The notes under the pieces were generated by a model, which had not been told where the DNA came from, did no database searches, and saw only the letters and a program-made list of their open reading frames with translations. Made by a program: the position numbers and the translations under genes. Positions 29,413 to 39,189 of a stretch of 64,000 nt of DNA are shown here, piece by piece. The DNA is taken from NCBI GenBank assembly GCA_965223905.1, contig CBDCXV010000010.1:1376001-1440000 (forward strand). Reading direction: 5' to 3'. The stretch's first letter is position 1, and every line of letters begins with the position of its first letter. The stretch is from Candidatus Latescibacterota bacterium (lineage in GTDB: Bacteria; Latescibacterota; UBA2968; UBA8231).

Positions 29413-30720
29413 ATGATTACCTCGATTCGACTCGTGAACTTCAAGAACTTCGCCGACGAGACCCTGCGCGTCGGCCCATTCACCGTAATCGTGGGCGCGA
29501 ATGCCAGCGGCAAAAGCAACATCCGCGATGCCTTCCGCTTCCTGCACGGCATCGGCCGGGGCTATACGCTGGCGGAGATCATCGGCGGCAAGTACGGCCC
29601 CGGCGGTCAGCGGGCGTGGGAGCCGATCCGGGGAGCAGCGAATGAGATTGTCAGGTTCGGACAATCCGGGTTCTCAATTGAGGTGGGCATCCAATTGAAG
29701 GCCGCAGACGTATGCTATTTGATCGAAGTTGGATACGAAAGAGAGAACAATGAGTTCCGGATTGCACGAGAGAAACTTACCGGAAGAATCAAGCCGGGAT
29801 ATGCGAAGGAGCACCGGTCTTTCACCGTTAACAGCAATCCCGATCGAGCTGCTTCCGTACCAACGCCGGCGGATGGCTATCCCCTGCTTTACAGAATCTT
29901 CCTATCGATCAGAGAGAGAGATCCTACCTTCCAAAAGGAACTCGACTCTATGGTGGAGACAATGGGTGAACCCATATCGATATCCCAGCCCAGCAAGGAG
30001 TTTCTGGATCCACACATTCTACAGACGATGGCCATCTTCGCCGGCATGCGCTTTCTGGAGTTGTCCCCGGAGCGCATGCGGGAGCCGGCCCTTCCTGGTC
30101 ACACTGTCCTGGGAGACTCAGGCGAGAACTTGGCCGTGGTGCTCAAAGCCCTCTGCTCGGATGCCGAACGTAAGGATGTCCTGACGGCGTGGCTGCGAGA
30201 ACTCACCCCCATGGATGTAAGGGATCTAAGATTTCCACATGACCCCAGCGGTCGAGTCCATCTCCAAATCCTGGAGGGCAACGAGAGAACGGTATCCGCC
30301 TATAGCGCCTCGGACGGCACCCTCCGGTTCCTCGCCCTGCTGGCCCTGCTGCTCGGCAAGAGGTCCAATGGATTGTACTTCTTCGAGGAGATCGACACCG
30401 GAATTCACCCGGCGCGCCAGTCGCTCTTGCTGGAACTGATCGAAAAGCAGGCCGCAAAGGGAGGAGTTCAGATGATCACCACCACCCATGCGCCGGATCT
30501 GCTGACTCTTGTCAACGACACCACCTTCGAGGACATGTCCATCGTTTGCCGGTTGGAAGACTCGGACGATGCCATCATTCGCCTGGTTGCCGAACTGCCC
30601 AACGCAAGACAACTGCGGAAGTCCGGGAGCGGGTTGGGAGGGCTGCTTATGGAAGGCTGGATGGAGACCGCCCTGGCCTTCACCGAAAACTACGAGGAAG
30701 CGGAGGGAGACGGCGAGTGA
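29413..30720 (+). CDS. ABC-type (AAA_21) ATPase 2
   Basis: GANASGKS; SDGTLRF; FEEIDTGIHP; TTHAP. Confidence 0.9.
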   Translation: MITSIRLVNFKNFADETLRVGPFTVIVGANASGKSNIRDAFRFLHGIGRGYTLAEIIGGKYGPGGQRAWEPIRGAANEIVRFGQSGFSIEVGIQLKAADVCYLIEVGYERENNEFRIAREKLTGRIKPGYAKEHRSFTVNSNPDRAASVPTPADGYPLLYRIFLSIRERDPTFQKELDSMVETMGEPISISQPSKEFLDPHILQTMAIFAGMRFLELSPERMREPALPGHTVLGDSGENLAVVLKALCSDAERKDVLTAWLRELTPMDVRDLRFPHDPSGRVHLQILEGNERTVSAYSASDGTLRFLALLALLLGKRSNGLYFFEEIDTGIHPARQSLLLELIEKQAAKGGVQMITTTHAPDLLTLVNDTTFEDMSIVCRLEDSDDAIIRLVAELPNARQLRKSGSGLGGLLMEGWMETALAFTENYEEAEGDGE

Positions 30721-31289
30721 ACGTCCTCATCATCCCCGAGGATTTCCGCAAGGATCAGTACATTCTGAAACCTCTTTTCTCAAGGCTCTTTCGATCTATT
30801 GGTAGGCGGCATGTGCAGGTTGAGGTTTGCCGTGATCCCCTACTCGGTGGCTTCCGGGAAGCGCTGAAGTCGGAACGCATGGCAGAGGTGGTCAGAAAGC
30901 ATGGGGGAATGACGGATATCTTCATCCTGATCATTGATCGTGACGGCGACACGAATCGTCGCCAGAGCCTCGACCGTCTCGAGGTGCAATTCGGCAGCGA
31001 TCGGGCCTTCCTGGCCGAGAATGCCTGGGAGGAAATCGAGACCTGGGTCCTTGCGGGCCTGAGGTTGCCGGATGATTGGACTTGGGCGGAGGTGCGCGCG
31101 GAGATCCAAGTCAAGGAGGAGTACTTCGACCGGCTTGTCGTCGAACGCGGCTTGTCAGACGCGCCCGGCGGTGGCCGTAAGCCTCTGGGAGAAGAGGCAT
31201 CGCGCCGGATCGATGCGATTCGGCAGAAGTGTCCCGAGGATTTCGATGCCCTTGCCGGGCGTCTGGGGACCGCTGCCGGCGTCACATGA
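30717..31289 (+). CDS. TOPRIM/DUF4276-like partner of ATPase 2 (appears intact)
   Basis: GTGA overlap; IIPED, IDRDG, EEIETW, CPE acidic motifs. Confidence 0.7.
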   Translation: MNVLIIPEDFRKDQYILKPLFSRLFRSIGRRHVQVEVCRDPLLGGFREALKSERMAEVVRKHGGMTDIFILIIDRDGDTNRRQSLDRLEVQFGSDRAFLAENAWEEIETWVLAGLRLPDDWTWAEVRAEIQVKEEYFDRLVVERGLSDAPGGGRKPLGEEASRRIDAIRQKCPEDFDALAGRLGTAAGVT

Positions 31290-31300
31290 GGAGACCACCA

Positions 31301-31612
31301 ATGCTTGATCAGAACACCCTGGATGACATCATCCGGCGCATCGTGGAGGTGGCGCAGCCGGAGCGCATCGTCCTCTTCGGGTCCGCTGCCCGGGGCGCCA
31401 TGACCCCGAACAGCGACGTGGATCTTCTCATCATCAAGGAGGGAGGAGACGCGAATCTCAGGGTCCGGATCTACGAGAAGTTGTACGGCGTTCGGGTCGC
31501 GGTCGATGCGATCCTGGTCACGCCGTCGGACGTAGAGCGCTACAAGGATAGCCATGCGTTGGTCATCAAGCCGGCGCTGCAGGAAGGAAGGGTGGTCTAT
31601 GAGTCCACCTGA
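31301..31612 (+). CDS. Minimal nucleotidyltransferase (MNT) antitoxin
   Basis: LFGSAARG..SDVDLL..VD. Confidence 0.9.
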   Translation: MLDQNTLDDIIRRIVEVAQPERIVLFGSAARGAMTPNSDVDLLIIKEGGDANLRVRIYEKLYGVRVAVDAILVTPSDVERYKDSHALVIKPALQEGRVVYEST

Positions 31613-32006
31613 GCGGTTTCCTCCGGATGATCCTCGCGAGTGGCTGAACCGCGCCAGAAGCAATCTCGCGATGGCGGGGAACCGCGTCCCCGGTGCCTAC
31701 TTGGAGGACCTGTGCTTTCAGGCGCAGCAAGCCGCCGAGAAGGCCGTCAAGGCCGTGATGATCTTGCGCAACATCGATTTCCCTTACGTGCACAACCTGG
31801 CCCTTCTGCTCTCGATGCTTGAAGAGAATGGTGAGGATGTCCCGGACAGGATTCGCCGCGCTGTGGGACTCACCCCCTATGCCGTGGACACGCGCTATCC
31901 AGGCGTTGACCAGCCTGTGTCCGAAGAGGCGTACCGGGATGCGATAGAGATCGCCGAGGCTGTAATCCAGTGGGCGGAGGAGCGGGCAACCTGCCGGGAG
32001 GACTGA
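31599..32006 (+). CDS. HEPN domain protein
   Basis: WLNRA..L; CFQAQQAAEKAVKA; HNL; YAVDTRYP. Confidence 0.9.
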   Translation: MSPPERFPPDDPREWLNRARSNLAMAGNRVPGAYLEDLCFQAQQAAEKAVKAVMILRNIDFPYVHNLALLLSMLEENGEDVPDRIRRAVGLTPYAVDTRYPGVDQPVSEEAYRDAIEIAEAVIQWAEERATCRED

Positions 32007-32010
32007 AGAA

Positions 32011-33333
32011 ATGACCAAGATAGAAGGGTTTCGAGTAAGGAACTTCAAGCTGCTCAAGGATGTGACATTGGGCCGCTTGTGGAACCAAAGGGAGATCCCA
32101 CCTCTCACTCCCATGACGGCGGTGATCGGCAAGAACGGAGTAGGGAAAAGTGTTCTGTTCGATGCATTCGGATTCCTCGCCGACGCCCTGAAACTCGGTG
32201 TCGAAGAGGCTTGCGACGCCCGGGGTCGCGGCGGCTTCGAGAGAATGCGGACCCAGGGAGAGACGGGGGCCATCGAGTTCGAGGTGTACTACCGGGAGCA
32301 TGGAAAGGCCCGTCCGATTACCTATGAGATCGCCATTGAAGCAGACGAGTCGGAGCGTCCCTATGTATCGCGGGAACGTCTCAGGCAGAGAAGGAGAAAT
32401 CAGAGCCGTGGCCGACCGTTTTCCTTCCTGTGGCTGAAAGACGGCCGGGGTGTGGCATGGAAGGGAGAGGAAGGGTATGAAGCGAGGGACATCCACATGA
32501 AGGGCTTGGTGGACGAAGCAATCGCGGAGGACGATATCGAGAAGAAGCGATCGAAGGTGGAAGAGTTGATAAAACTGATCAGGAAGGAGGAGCCCAACGA
32601 GACCGAACAGATCGAGTTGGAAGACCGCCACAGGCTTGGCATTGCTACGGTCGGCGCCTTGAAGCAACATCCGCGAATCTCCGCATTCCGCCACTTTATC
32701 GAAGGATGGTACCTCAGTTACTTCACCCCGGCCGCGGCTCGGAGCCTGCCGCTGGCCGGTCCTCAGAGACATCTGAATAGTCAAGGGGACAATCTCGGCA
32801 ACATCGTGCAATTCATGGAGCGTGAGCAGCCGCAACGCTTCGGGGCCATCTTGAAACAGATAGCCGGCAGGATACCGGGCATAGATCAGATCGACACGGA
32901 AAGAACCAATGACGGCCGGCTGCTGCTACGGTTCAACGACAGGAGCTTTCAGGATCCCTTCTATGCCCAGCAAGTATCCGATGGAACGCTCAAGGTATTC
33001 GCCTACCTGCTGCTGCTCCAAGATCCGGCGCCGGCCCCGTTTCTGTGCATCGAGGAGCCGGAGAACGGCCTCTATCACAAGCTGCTGGAGACCCTGGCCA
33101 ACGAATTCCGGGAACATGCGACCGGGAGCAAGGGCTCGCAGGTCTTCGTTACGACCCACCAGCCGTACTTCGTGGACGCACTCTCCCCGGAGGAGGTCTG
33201 GATTCTGGAGAAGGGTGAGGATGGTCTTTCAAAGATTCGACGAGCCAGCGACGATCCGACTGTGAACAACATGGTCGAGGAAGGATTGCCGTTGGGCGGT
33301 CTTTGGTTCAGCGAGTACCTCGACGCCAGGTGA
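32011..33333 (+). CDS. ABC-type (AAA_21) ATPase 3
   Basis: GKNGVGKS; SDGTLK; IEEPENGLYH; TTHQP. Confidence 0.9.
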   Translation: MTKIEGFRVRNFKLLKDVTLGRLWNQREIPPLTPMTAVIGKNGVGKSVLFDAFGFLADALKLGVEEACDARGRGGFERMRTQGETGAIEFEVYYREHGKARPITYEIAIEADESERPYVSRERLRQRRRNQSRGRPFSFLWLKDGRGVAWKGEEGYEARDIHMKGLVDEAIAEDDIEKKRSKVEELIKLIRKEEPNETEQIELEDRHRLGIATVGALKQHPRISAFRHFIEGWYLSYFTPAAARSLPLAGPQRHLNSQGDNLGNIVQFMEREQPQRFGAILKQIAGRIPGIDQIDTERTNDGRLLLRFNDRSFQDPFYAQQVSDGTLKVFAYLLLLQDPAPAPFLCIEEPENGLYHKLLETLANEFREHATGSKGSQVFVTTHQPYFVDALSPEEVWILEKGEDGLSKIRRASDDPTVNNMVEEGLPLGGLWFSEYLDAR

Positions 33334-33845
33334 TCAGAGTGCACTTCGAGATCCTCGTCGAAGATACTTCGGGCAAGCGAGCGCTGGACATCTTGGTTCC
33401 GAAGATCGTGGACGATCAGCACACCTTTCGGGTTCATGCGTACAAGGGGGTCGGGCGCATTCCAAGGGGGTTGACGGGTGGCACTGAGGCGACGAAGCGC
33501 CTCCTGCTCGACCAGCTTCCGAGGTTGCTCCGGGGATATGGGAAGACCTTTGCCGGGTATGGCGCCAGCTACCGCGCTGTGGTCATCGTGGTTTGTGACT
33601 TGGATGACAGATGCCGGAGGACCTTTCGCCAAGAACTCCTTGGAGTCCTGGAGCACTGCAACCCGAGACCGGAAAAGTCAACTTGGGCGGAGAGAATCGT
33701 CCCGGAGTTGGACGTGGAGAAAAACGCATCTCCGAGTTTTCGATACTTCAGGGAGAAACTCAGGGAGCTTACCTCAGAGAGGAGGAGTGGAGATGGGAAC
33801 CTCGGTGCGCAGGGAAATCTCGCTGGAGAAGGTTGTCCGGCGTGA
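33330..33845 (+). CDS. DUF4276-like partner of ATPase 3, probably internally deleted
   Basis: FEILVED, CDLDD and SPSF present; CNPRP joins EKSTW without the EExEAW segment. Confidence 0.65.
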   Translation: MIRVHFEILVEDTSGKRALDILVPKIVDDQHTFRVHAYKGVGRIPRGLTGGTEATKRLLLDQLPRLLRGYGKTFAGYGASYRAVVIVVCDLDDRCRRTFRQELLGVLEHCNPRPEKSTWAERIVPELDVEKNASPSFRYFREKLRELTSERRSGDGNLGAQGNLAGEGCPA

Positions 33846-34056
33846 TCCAGAAGTCCATAGTGGCGATCTGGTGTTTGCCGGCACGCGCGTCCCGGTAGAC
33901 AGCTTGGTGGCTTACCTCAAGGGTGGGCACTCCATCGAGGAGTTTCTCCAGGATTACCCCACGGTCGAGCGGTGGCAACTGGAGTCCTATCTCGAGCTGT
34001 CTTCCAAAGGACTTGATCACATGAGCGAGCGAGATCCTTCCAAGGGGACGACATGA
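33793..34056 (+). CDS. DUF433 domain antitoxin-like protein
   Basis: DPEVHSG..VFAGTRVPV..GHSIEEFLQDYP. Confidence 0.85.
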   Translation: MGTSVRREISLEKVVRRDPEVHSGDLVFAGTRVPVDSLVAYLKGGHSIEEFLQDYPTVERWQLESYLELSSKGLDHMSERDPSKGTT

Positions 34057-37000
34057 CGACCAGATCATCCCGGAAACCCTGGCACGAGGTCGTGCAGCTG
34101 CGCGACGACCTGAAGACGGGGGAGCTGTCGCTGGCCGTCTTCGCTGCCGACCTCTATGACGTGGTCATGCAGAAGGGCCAGCGGCCGGTGTACGAGCAAC
34201 CCGAGGAGTTCTTCGCCCTCACCTTCCCCACCCTGAACCTGCGGGAGCTGGTCAAGGACGTCTGCCACCGTCTCGCCGGCCGCAGCGACAAGGCCTACCG
34301 CAAGCTTTCCGTCAACTACGGCGGCGGCAAGACTCACACGCTCATCGCGCTCAGGCACCTGGTCCACGATCCTGCGGCGCTGCCCGTTCTGCCGGCCGTG
34401 CAGGAATTCGAGGCGCACATCGGATTCAGGCCTCCGCAAGCCCGTATCGCGGCCCTGTGCTTCGACAAGATCGACCTGGAGAAGGGTGTCGAGACACCGG
34501 GGCCGGATGGCGAGGTCAGGATGCTCAAGCACCCGTGGAGCATCCTCGCCTTTCAGTTGGCGGGGCCGGACGGCCTGCGGCTCATCCACGCCGACGGCGC
34601 GGACGCCGAGCGCGACACCCCGCCCGCTGAGCCGCTGGTGGTGGAGCTGCTGTCCAGGCCGCAGAGAGACGGACTCTCGACGCTGGTACTGCTCGACGAG
34701 GTGCTGATGTATCTGCGGGTGCTGGCCGAGGCTTCGCAGGAATCACGCGGGCGTCTGGTCAGTTTCTTCCAGTACCTCACGCAGGCGGTGGTCAAGGTGG
34801 ACCGCTGCGCCATGGTGGCCTCGCTGCTCGCCTCCGACCCGAGGAAGCATGACGACCTCGGCCAGGAGCTGCTGCGCGATGTCTCCGAGGTCTTCGGCCG
34901 CCAGATGGAGGAAGACGCCAGTCCGGTGAGCAAGGAGGACGTGGCCGAGGTCCTGCGGCGCCGCTTCTTCACGCCCGAATCGATTCGGGACCAGAGCGTC
35001 TTCCGCCCGCATGTGGCTTCGGCGGTGGGCAGTATCGCCGCCCTCGACGACCAGACCGGGAAGGAGCGGGCCATCGCCGAGGAGCGCTACCTGAACAGCT
35101 ATCCCTTCCACCCGGATCTCACGGAGGTCTTCTACACCCGCTGGACCCAGCTCGACGGCTTCCAGCGCACCCGTGGCATCCTGCGCACCTTCGCCATCGC
35201 CTTGCGCGATGCCGCCGGGTGGGACACCAGCCCGCTCGTGGGGCCCAACGTCTTTCTGCACGAGCCGGGAAAGGATGGCCTGGCCGAGGCCGCGGGCGAG
35301 CTTGCTTCCATTGCCAGCGTCGACACGGATACCGGCCGACCCCAGGAGTGGCGGCCCATTCTCGAAGGCGAGCTCGAAAAGGCGCGCACGATCCAGGACG
35401 AGGCGGCCGGCCTGGCACACCGGGAGACGGAGCAGGCCGTGGTCTCGGTCTTCCTGAGCTCCCAGCCCATCGGCCACAAGGCGCTGACCCGGGACCTGAT
35501 GGTGCTGCTCGGAGCGGGCCATCCGGACAGGATCGAGTTGGAGAAGGCCCTGCGGCGCTGGACGGAGCAGTCATGGTTCCTGGACGAGGCGGAGATCGCC
35601 ACCGGTGAGACCGGCTCGGAGGGGGAACTGCCGAGGGCGTGGCGGCTGGGCAACCGCCCCAACCTGCGCCAGATGCACCACGAGGCCTGCAGCAACCGGG
35701 TGCCGTCCACACTCGTCGAATCGCAGCTCATCGACGCCGTCGACAAGGAGAGGGCCCTCACCTCCGGCGCCTCCGCGGCCGGCGCCAAGGTGCACAACCT
35801 GCCGGAGAGACCGAGCGATATCGGCGACGACGGCGACTTCCACTACGCCGTCCTCGGGCCGCAGGCGGCCTCCGAGTCCGGCAAGCCGAGCGCTCCGGCC
35901 AAGCGCTTCCTCGAGGAGAGGACCTCCCGGGATCATCCCCGGGTCTACCGCAACGCCGTGGTCCTGGCCGTGCCTTCCCGGGACGGTCTCGAGGCGGTGC
36001 GCACGCGGGTCCGGGAGTACCTCGGGTGGGTGGAGGTCCGCGAGCAGCTCAAGGATCAGCCCATCGATCCGCTCCGCGAGCAGATGCTCGCCACAGAGAC
36101 GGAGTCCGCGAGGAGACGCATCCCGGAGGCTGTCCGGCAGGCGTACTCCGTGGTCGTCACCGTCGACGAGAACAACACCGTTCACGCCTTCAAGGTCGTA
36201 GTCACCGGAGAGCCTCTGTTCACGATCATCAAGGCGGACCAGCGGGCGCGTATCCAGGAGACCGCCGTCAGCTCGGAGGCGATGGTGCCGGGCGGTCCCT
36301 ACGACTTGTGGCGCGAAGGGGAGGATTCCCGCCGCGTCAAGGACCTGGTGGGCGCCTTCGCGCAGTTTCCCAAGCTGCCCAAGATGCTGCGGCCGAAAGA
36401 GGTCCTGGACACGGTCGTGGACGGAGTCCGGCAGGGAACCTGGGTGGCGCGGCTCGTACGCCCGGACCGCACCGCCCGAACCTTCTGGCGCACGGACGTG
36501 GACGAGACGGCCCTGCAGGACCCGGCCCTGGAGGTGCTGCTTCCCGAAGCAGCCGAGTTGAGCGGGATCGCCCCGGACCTCCTCGTGCACGAGAAGCTCC
36601 CTGGGCTGTGGCCGTCCGAGGAGGTCGGTGTGCAGGAGGTCTTCGACTACTTCGGCGGCGGACACACCGTGAGCCTGCCGCGGGAGGGGTATGAGGAGAT
36701 TCTGGTCATCCCGAAATGCGAGCCGGCTCACCTGGAAGAGGCCATCTCGCAGGCCGTCGAGCAGGGACTCGTGTGGTTGACGAGCGGTCCCGCCTCGATT
36801 CTCGACGAGCCCGTGCCGGCGGGAATCCTCACCAGTGCCGCGAAACTCAGGCCGCGGCCTGAACCGATCGAGGTTGCCGAGTTGATGGCCGAGTCGATCC
36901 CCGACGCCTGGAAGGATGGCAAGGCCAACGCCCTCGCCCTTGCCACCGCCCTCTCGGCAAAGCTGGGCGCCAATCTGCCCTGGACCACGGTGCGGTCCGC

Positions 37001-37370
37001 CATCGGATCGGCCATCCGAGCGCGCTGGATCGAGCCGACCCCGGACAGCGCGGAATGGCCGTGCGACCTTGCCGGCGCCCAGCACGTGATTCTTCAGGTC
37101 CCTGCCGACGGGACTCGGGAAAAGGAGCCACCTCTCTACGGGGCGGGAAGCGGGTCCCGGACTTCGCCCCGTGCAGAGGCGGTCCTGGAAGCCGACCGGG
37201 TCCAGGACCTGGCCGATCAGGTGCCGGAGCTGTTAAAGGCGGCCGTTGGAAATGAGCTCAGGTTTACGGTCCGCATCGAGGTAGGAGGAGAGACCGCCCC
37301 CAGCCCGGAGGCGGTGGAGAAGATCAACGATCTGCTTGCCGAGGTGTCGGAGGACTTGCGGCTTCAGTAA
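34053..37370 (+). CDS. DUF499 AAA+ ATPase (restriction-like system)
   Basis: KPWHEVV..FAADL; YGGGKTH; LLDE; YPFHP; FQRTRGILR. Confidence 0.9.
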   Translation: MTTRSSRKPWHEVVQLRDDLKTGELSLAVFAADLYDVVMQKGQRPVYEQPEEFFALTFPTLNLRELVKDVCHRLAGRSDKAYRKLSVNYGGGKTHTLIALRHLVHDPAALPVLPAVQEFEAHIGFRPPQARIAALCFDKIDLEKGVETPGPDGEVRMLKHPWSILAFQLAGPDGLRLIHADGADAERDTPPAEPLVVELLSRPQRDGLSTLVLLDEVLMYLRVLAEASQESRGRLVSFFQYLTQAVVKVDRCAMVASLLASDPRKHDDLGQELLRDVSEVFGRQMEEDASPVSKEDVAEVLRRRFFTPESIRDQSVFRPHVASAVGSIAALDDQTGKERAIAEERYLNSYPFHPDLTEVFYTRWTQLDGFQRTRGILRTFAIALRDAAGWDTSPLVGPNVFLHEPGKDGLAEAAGELASIASVDTDTGRPQEWRPILEGELEKARTIQDEAAGLAHRETEQAVVSVFLSSQPIGHKALTRDLMVLLGAGHPDRIELEKALRRWTEQSWFLDEAEIATGETGSEGELPRAWRLGNRPNLRQMHHEACSNRVPSTLVESQLIDAVDKERALTSGASAAGAKVHNLPERPSDIGDDGDFHYAVLGPQAASESGKPSAPAKRFLEERTSRDHPRVYRNAVVLAVPSRDGLEAVRTRVREYLGWVEVREQLKDQPIDPLREQMLATETESARRRIPEAVRQAYSVVVTVDENNTVHAFKVVVTGEPLFTIIKADQRARIQETAVSSEAMVPGGPYDLWREGEDSRRVKDLVGAFAQFPKLPKMLRPKEVLDTVVDGVRQGTWVARLVRPDRTARTFWRTDVDETALQDPALEVLLPEAAELSGIAPDLLVHEKLPGLWPSEEVGVQEVFDYFGGGHTVSLPREGYEEILVIPKCEPAHLEEAISQAVEQGLVWLTSGPASILDEPVPAGILTSAAKLRPRPEPIEVAELMAESIPDAWKDGKANALALATALSAKLGANLPWTTVRSAIGSAIRARWIEPTPDSAEWPCDLAGAQHVILQVPADGTREKEPPLYGAGSGSRTSPRAEAVLEADRVQDLADQVPELLKAAVGNELRFTVRIEVGGETAPSPEAVEKINDLLAEVSEDLRLQ

Positions 37371-37480
37371 GCAGTTAGCCGAACCTGCGCCATTTCCCGA
37401 CCCGGAATCCCTTGTCCAGAAACGGGAAAACCCGTAATTCTTCCCAATGAAGCACTATCTTAGGAATTGTAATCTACATT

Positions 37481-37996
37481 ATGATAGATTTAAATTGTCT
37501 TGGCAAAGGCCTCCCGGCTATCACACCGAACTTCGGCATGGCGCTGGCAGAGGCCGGAGGCGTATGCTTGGAATCACAGAATCACGCGCAAGGTGTCCAA
37601 CTTCGCGTCCGAGGATACAGTAACAGACGCTATCCCTTGGCATGGCCTCCAATTACTGAGCAAATCCGTAGGTGTTGGAATGACCATGAGGTTGCCACCG
37701 AACATGGCGCGATAGGTATCGCGGTTTTGCTAGCACACAAGGAGATCGGTTACACAGTGATTGAGCGTTCGCGGAAAGGTACTGGTTTCGATTATTGGAT
37801 GGGCGAAGGGGTAGACGAGCCCTTTCAGCACGAAGCTCGGCTGGAAATATCGGGGATCCGCAAGGGCAGCGATAGCGATGTGCAAGAAAGAATGAGACAG
37901 AAGCTAAAACAGACAGACCGGTCTGACGGGTCTTTTCCAGCGTACGTAATCGTAGTTGAGTTTGGACAACCCCATGCTGAGGTGCAGGAAAAATGA
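37481..37996 (+). CDS. Hypothetical protein, putative restriction-endonuclease-like fold
   Basis: ATEHGA..KGTGFDYW..RLEISG..KQ; low GC. Confidence 0.6.
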   Translation: MIDLNCLGKGLPAITPNFGMALAEAGGVCLESQNHAQGVQLRVRGYSNRRYPLAWPPITEQIRRCWNDHEVATEHGAIGIAVLLAHKEIGYTVIERSRKGTGFDYWMGEGVDEPFQHEARLEISGIRKGSDSDVQERMRQKLKQTDRSDGSFPAYVIVVEFGQPHAEVQEK

Positions 37997-38418
37997 ATGT
38001 TCGCGATTCCCACAATAAGGCCATGGATTTTGCCGAACGCGCTTTTGTGGCACGCATACAAGGCCGGCGAGAACAAGCACACAATTTTTTTGTTCAAGCA
38101 ATGGAATATGAACTTGAGGCGATCGCTCAATTAGAAGAATTAGGGGGACGAATCGAACCAACTTACTCGGTGTTGCACCGCAGTGCTGGAACGTTGGCAT
38201 TAGACTGCAATCAGCCTAAAAAGGCCGGTGAGATTGTAAAAAAAGCCCTCAATCAGAATCCGCCTCAAGAGATCGCGGAAGAACTACATGAGCTTCAGCA
38301 TCAAATATACTTGTTCTTATTGCCTTCATTATCGCAGCATAGCTATTGGATTGATGGAGACATTCAAAGAGGTTCCAATTCCAGCATACCGATTCGTACT
38401 CTTAAGGAGGTGGCCTAA
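37993..38418 (+). CDS. Hypothetical alpha-helical TPR-like protein
   Basis: HNKAMDFAE..EPTYSVLHRSA..PPQEIAEEL; ATGA overlap. Confidence 0.6.
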   Translation: MNVRDSHNKAMDFAERAFVARIQGRREQAHNFFVQAMEYELEAIAQLEELGGRIEPTYSVLHRSAGTLALDCNQPKKAGEIVKKALNQNPPQEIAEELHELQHQIYLFLLPSLSQHSYWIDGDIQRGSNSSIPIRTLKEVA

Positions 38419-39161
38419 TGTATCTCACCGCTCATAGAGTTCGACGAATAAAAGGCAATGACGTCGAGGTCGGCATCGATGCTTTCCTCCATCGTCACAA
38501 AGCGCATGACTTTCCCCATACGCCATTCGACGATCAAGTCATTGATTTGATTACCAATAAGAATCCAGGAAAACTCATCGCTGAATCTGTGGACTTAGTA
38601 CCGGGAGGAAATTCAGTTCTCAGCTTTATTGATATTGTTGGCACGGAAAATATCGACAGCACGCGCATCAAGAACCTCTTCGACCAAATGGGACTTCATA
38701 TTGAAGGGATGCATGCCCCTATTACCAAAATTGAGGCAGATCTCGCTGTCAGGTTTGGAATCACTTATGGATTAAAGGGACATGAGGTAAAAGAGTATAA
38801 GGCCCTCACAGAACGGGCTATGCTTCTGTTCGAGTCTCCGGAGCCTCCCAAGTGGCGTTCTGAAAATCCGTGGATCGTGATTGATCGCAAAATTACTGAT
38901 ACCCAAGAGACATTCAGCTTATCGTCTGAAGCCGCCAAAAACCTCAGACAGATGCATAATGAGCTTTGGGTTCCCAAAAGAATTTCTGTAGAACATGGAA
39001 CAAAAATTGTCGCTGAATCCATGTATGGAGACTTGATACAGCACATTGCACCGGTGATAACAGGCTTAACCCTCGAACAGATTGCAGCACAAGGCGGATT
39101 AATACTTCACGATTCGTCGAGCCAAAACAAAATTAAATGGCCTGAATTAAAGGAACTATAG
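38418..39161 (+). CDS. Hypothetical protein
   Basis: 247-aa ORF, RBS AAGGAGGT, TAATG coupling, low GC. Confidence 0.7.
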   Translation: MYLTAHRVRRIKGNDVEVGIDAFLHRHKAHDFPHTPFDDQVIDLITNKNPGKLIAESVDLVPGGNSVLSFIDIVGTENIDSTRIKNLFDQMGLHIEGMHAPITKIEADLAVRFGITYGLKGHEVKEYKALTERAMLLFESPEPPKWRSENPWIVIDRKITDTQETFSLSSEAAKNLRQMHNELWVPKRISVEHGTKIVAESMYGDLIQHIAPVITGLTLEQIAAQGGLILHDSSSQNKIKWPELKEL

Positions 39162-39189
39162 GCCCAACGCGAATGCACCCAGCCTCTCA

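Noticed and set aside
17583-37370. Calling the locus BREX or DISARM
   Set aside because: No PglZ, BrxA/B/L, DrmA/B or DUF1998 recognisable; DUF1156+DUF499+SNF2 fits the restriction-like class
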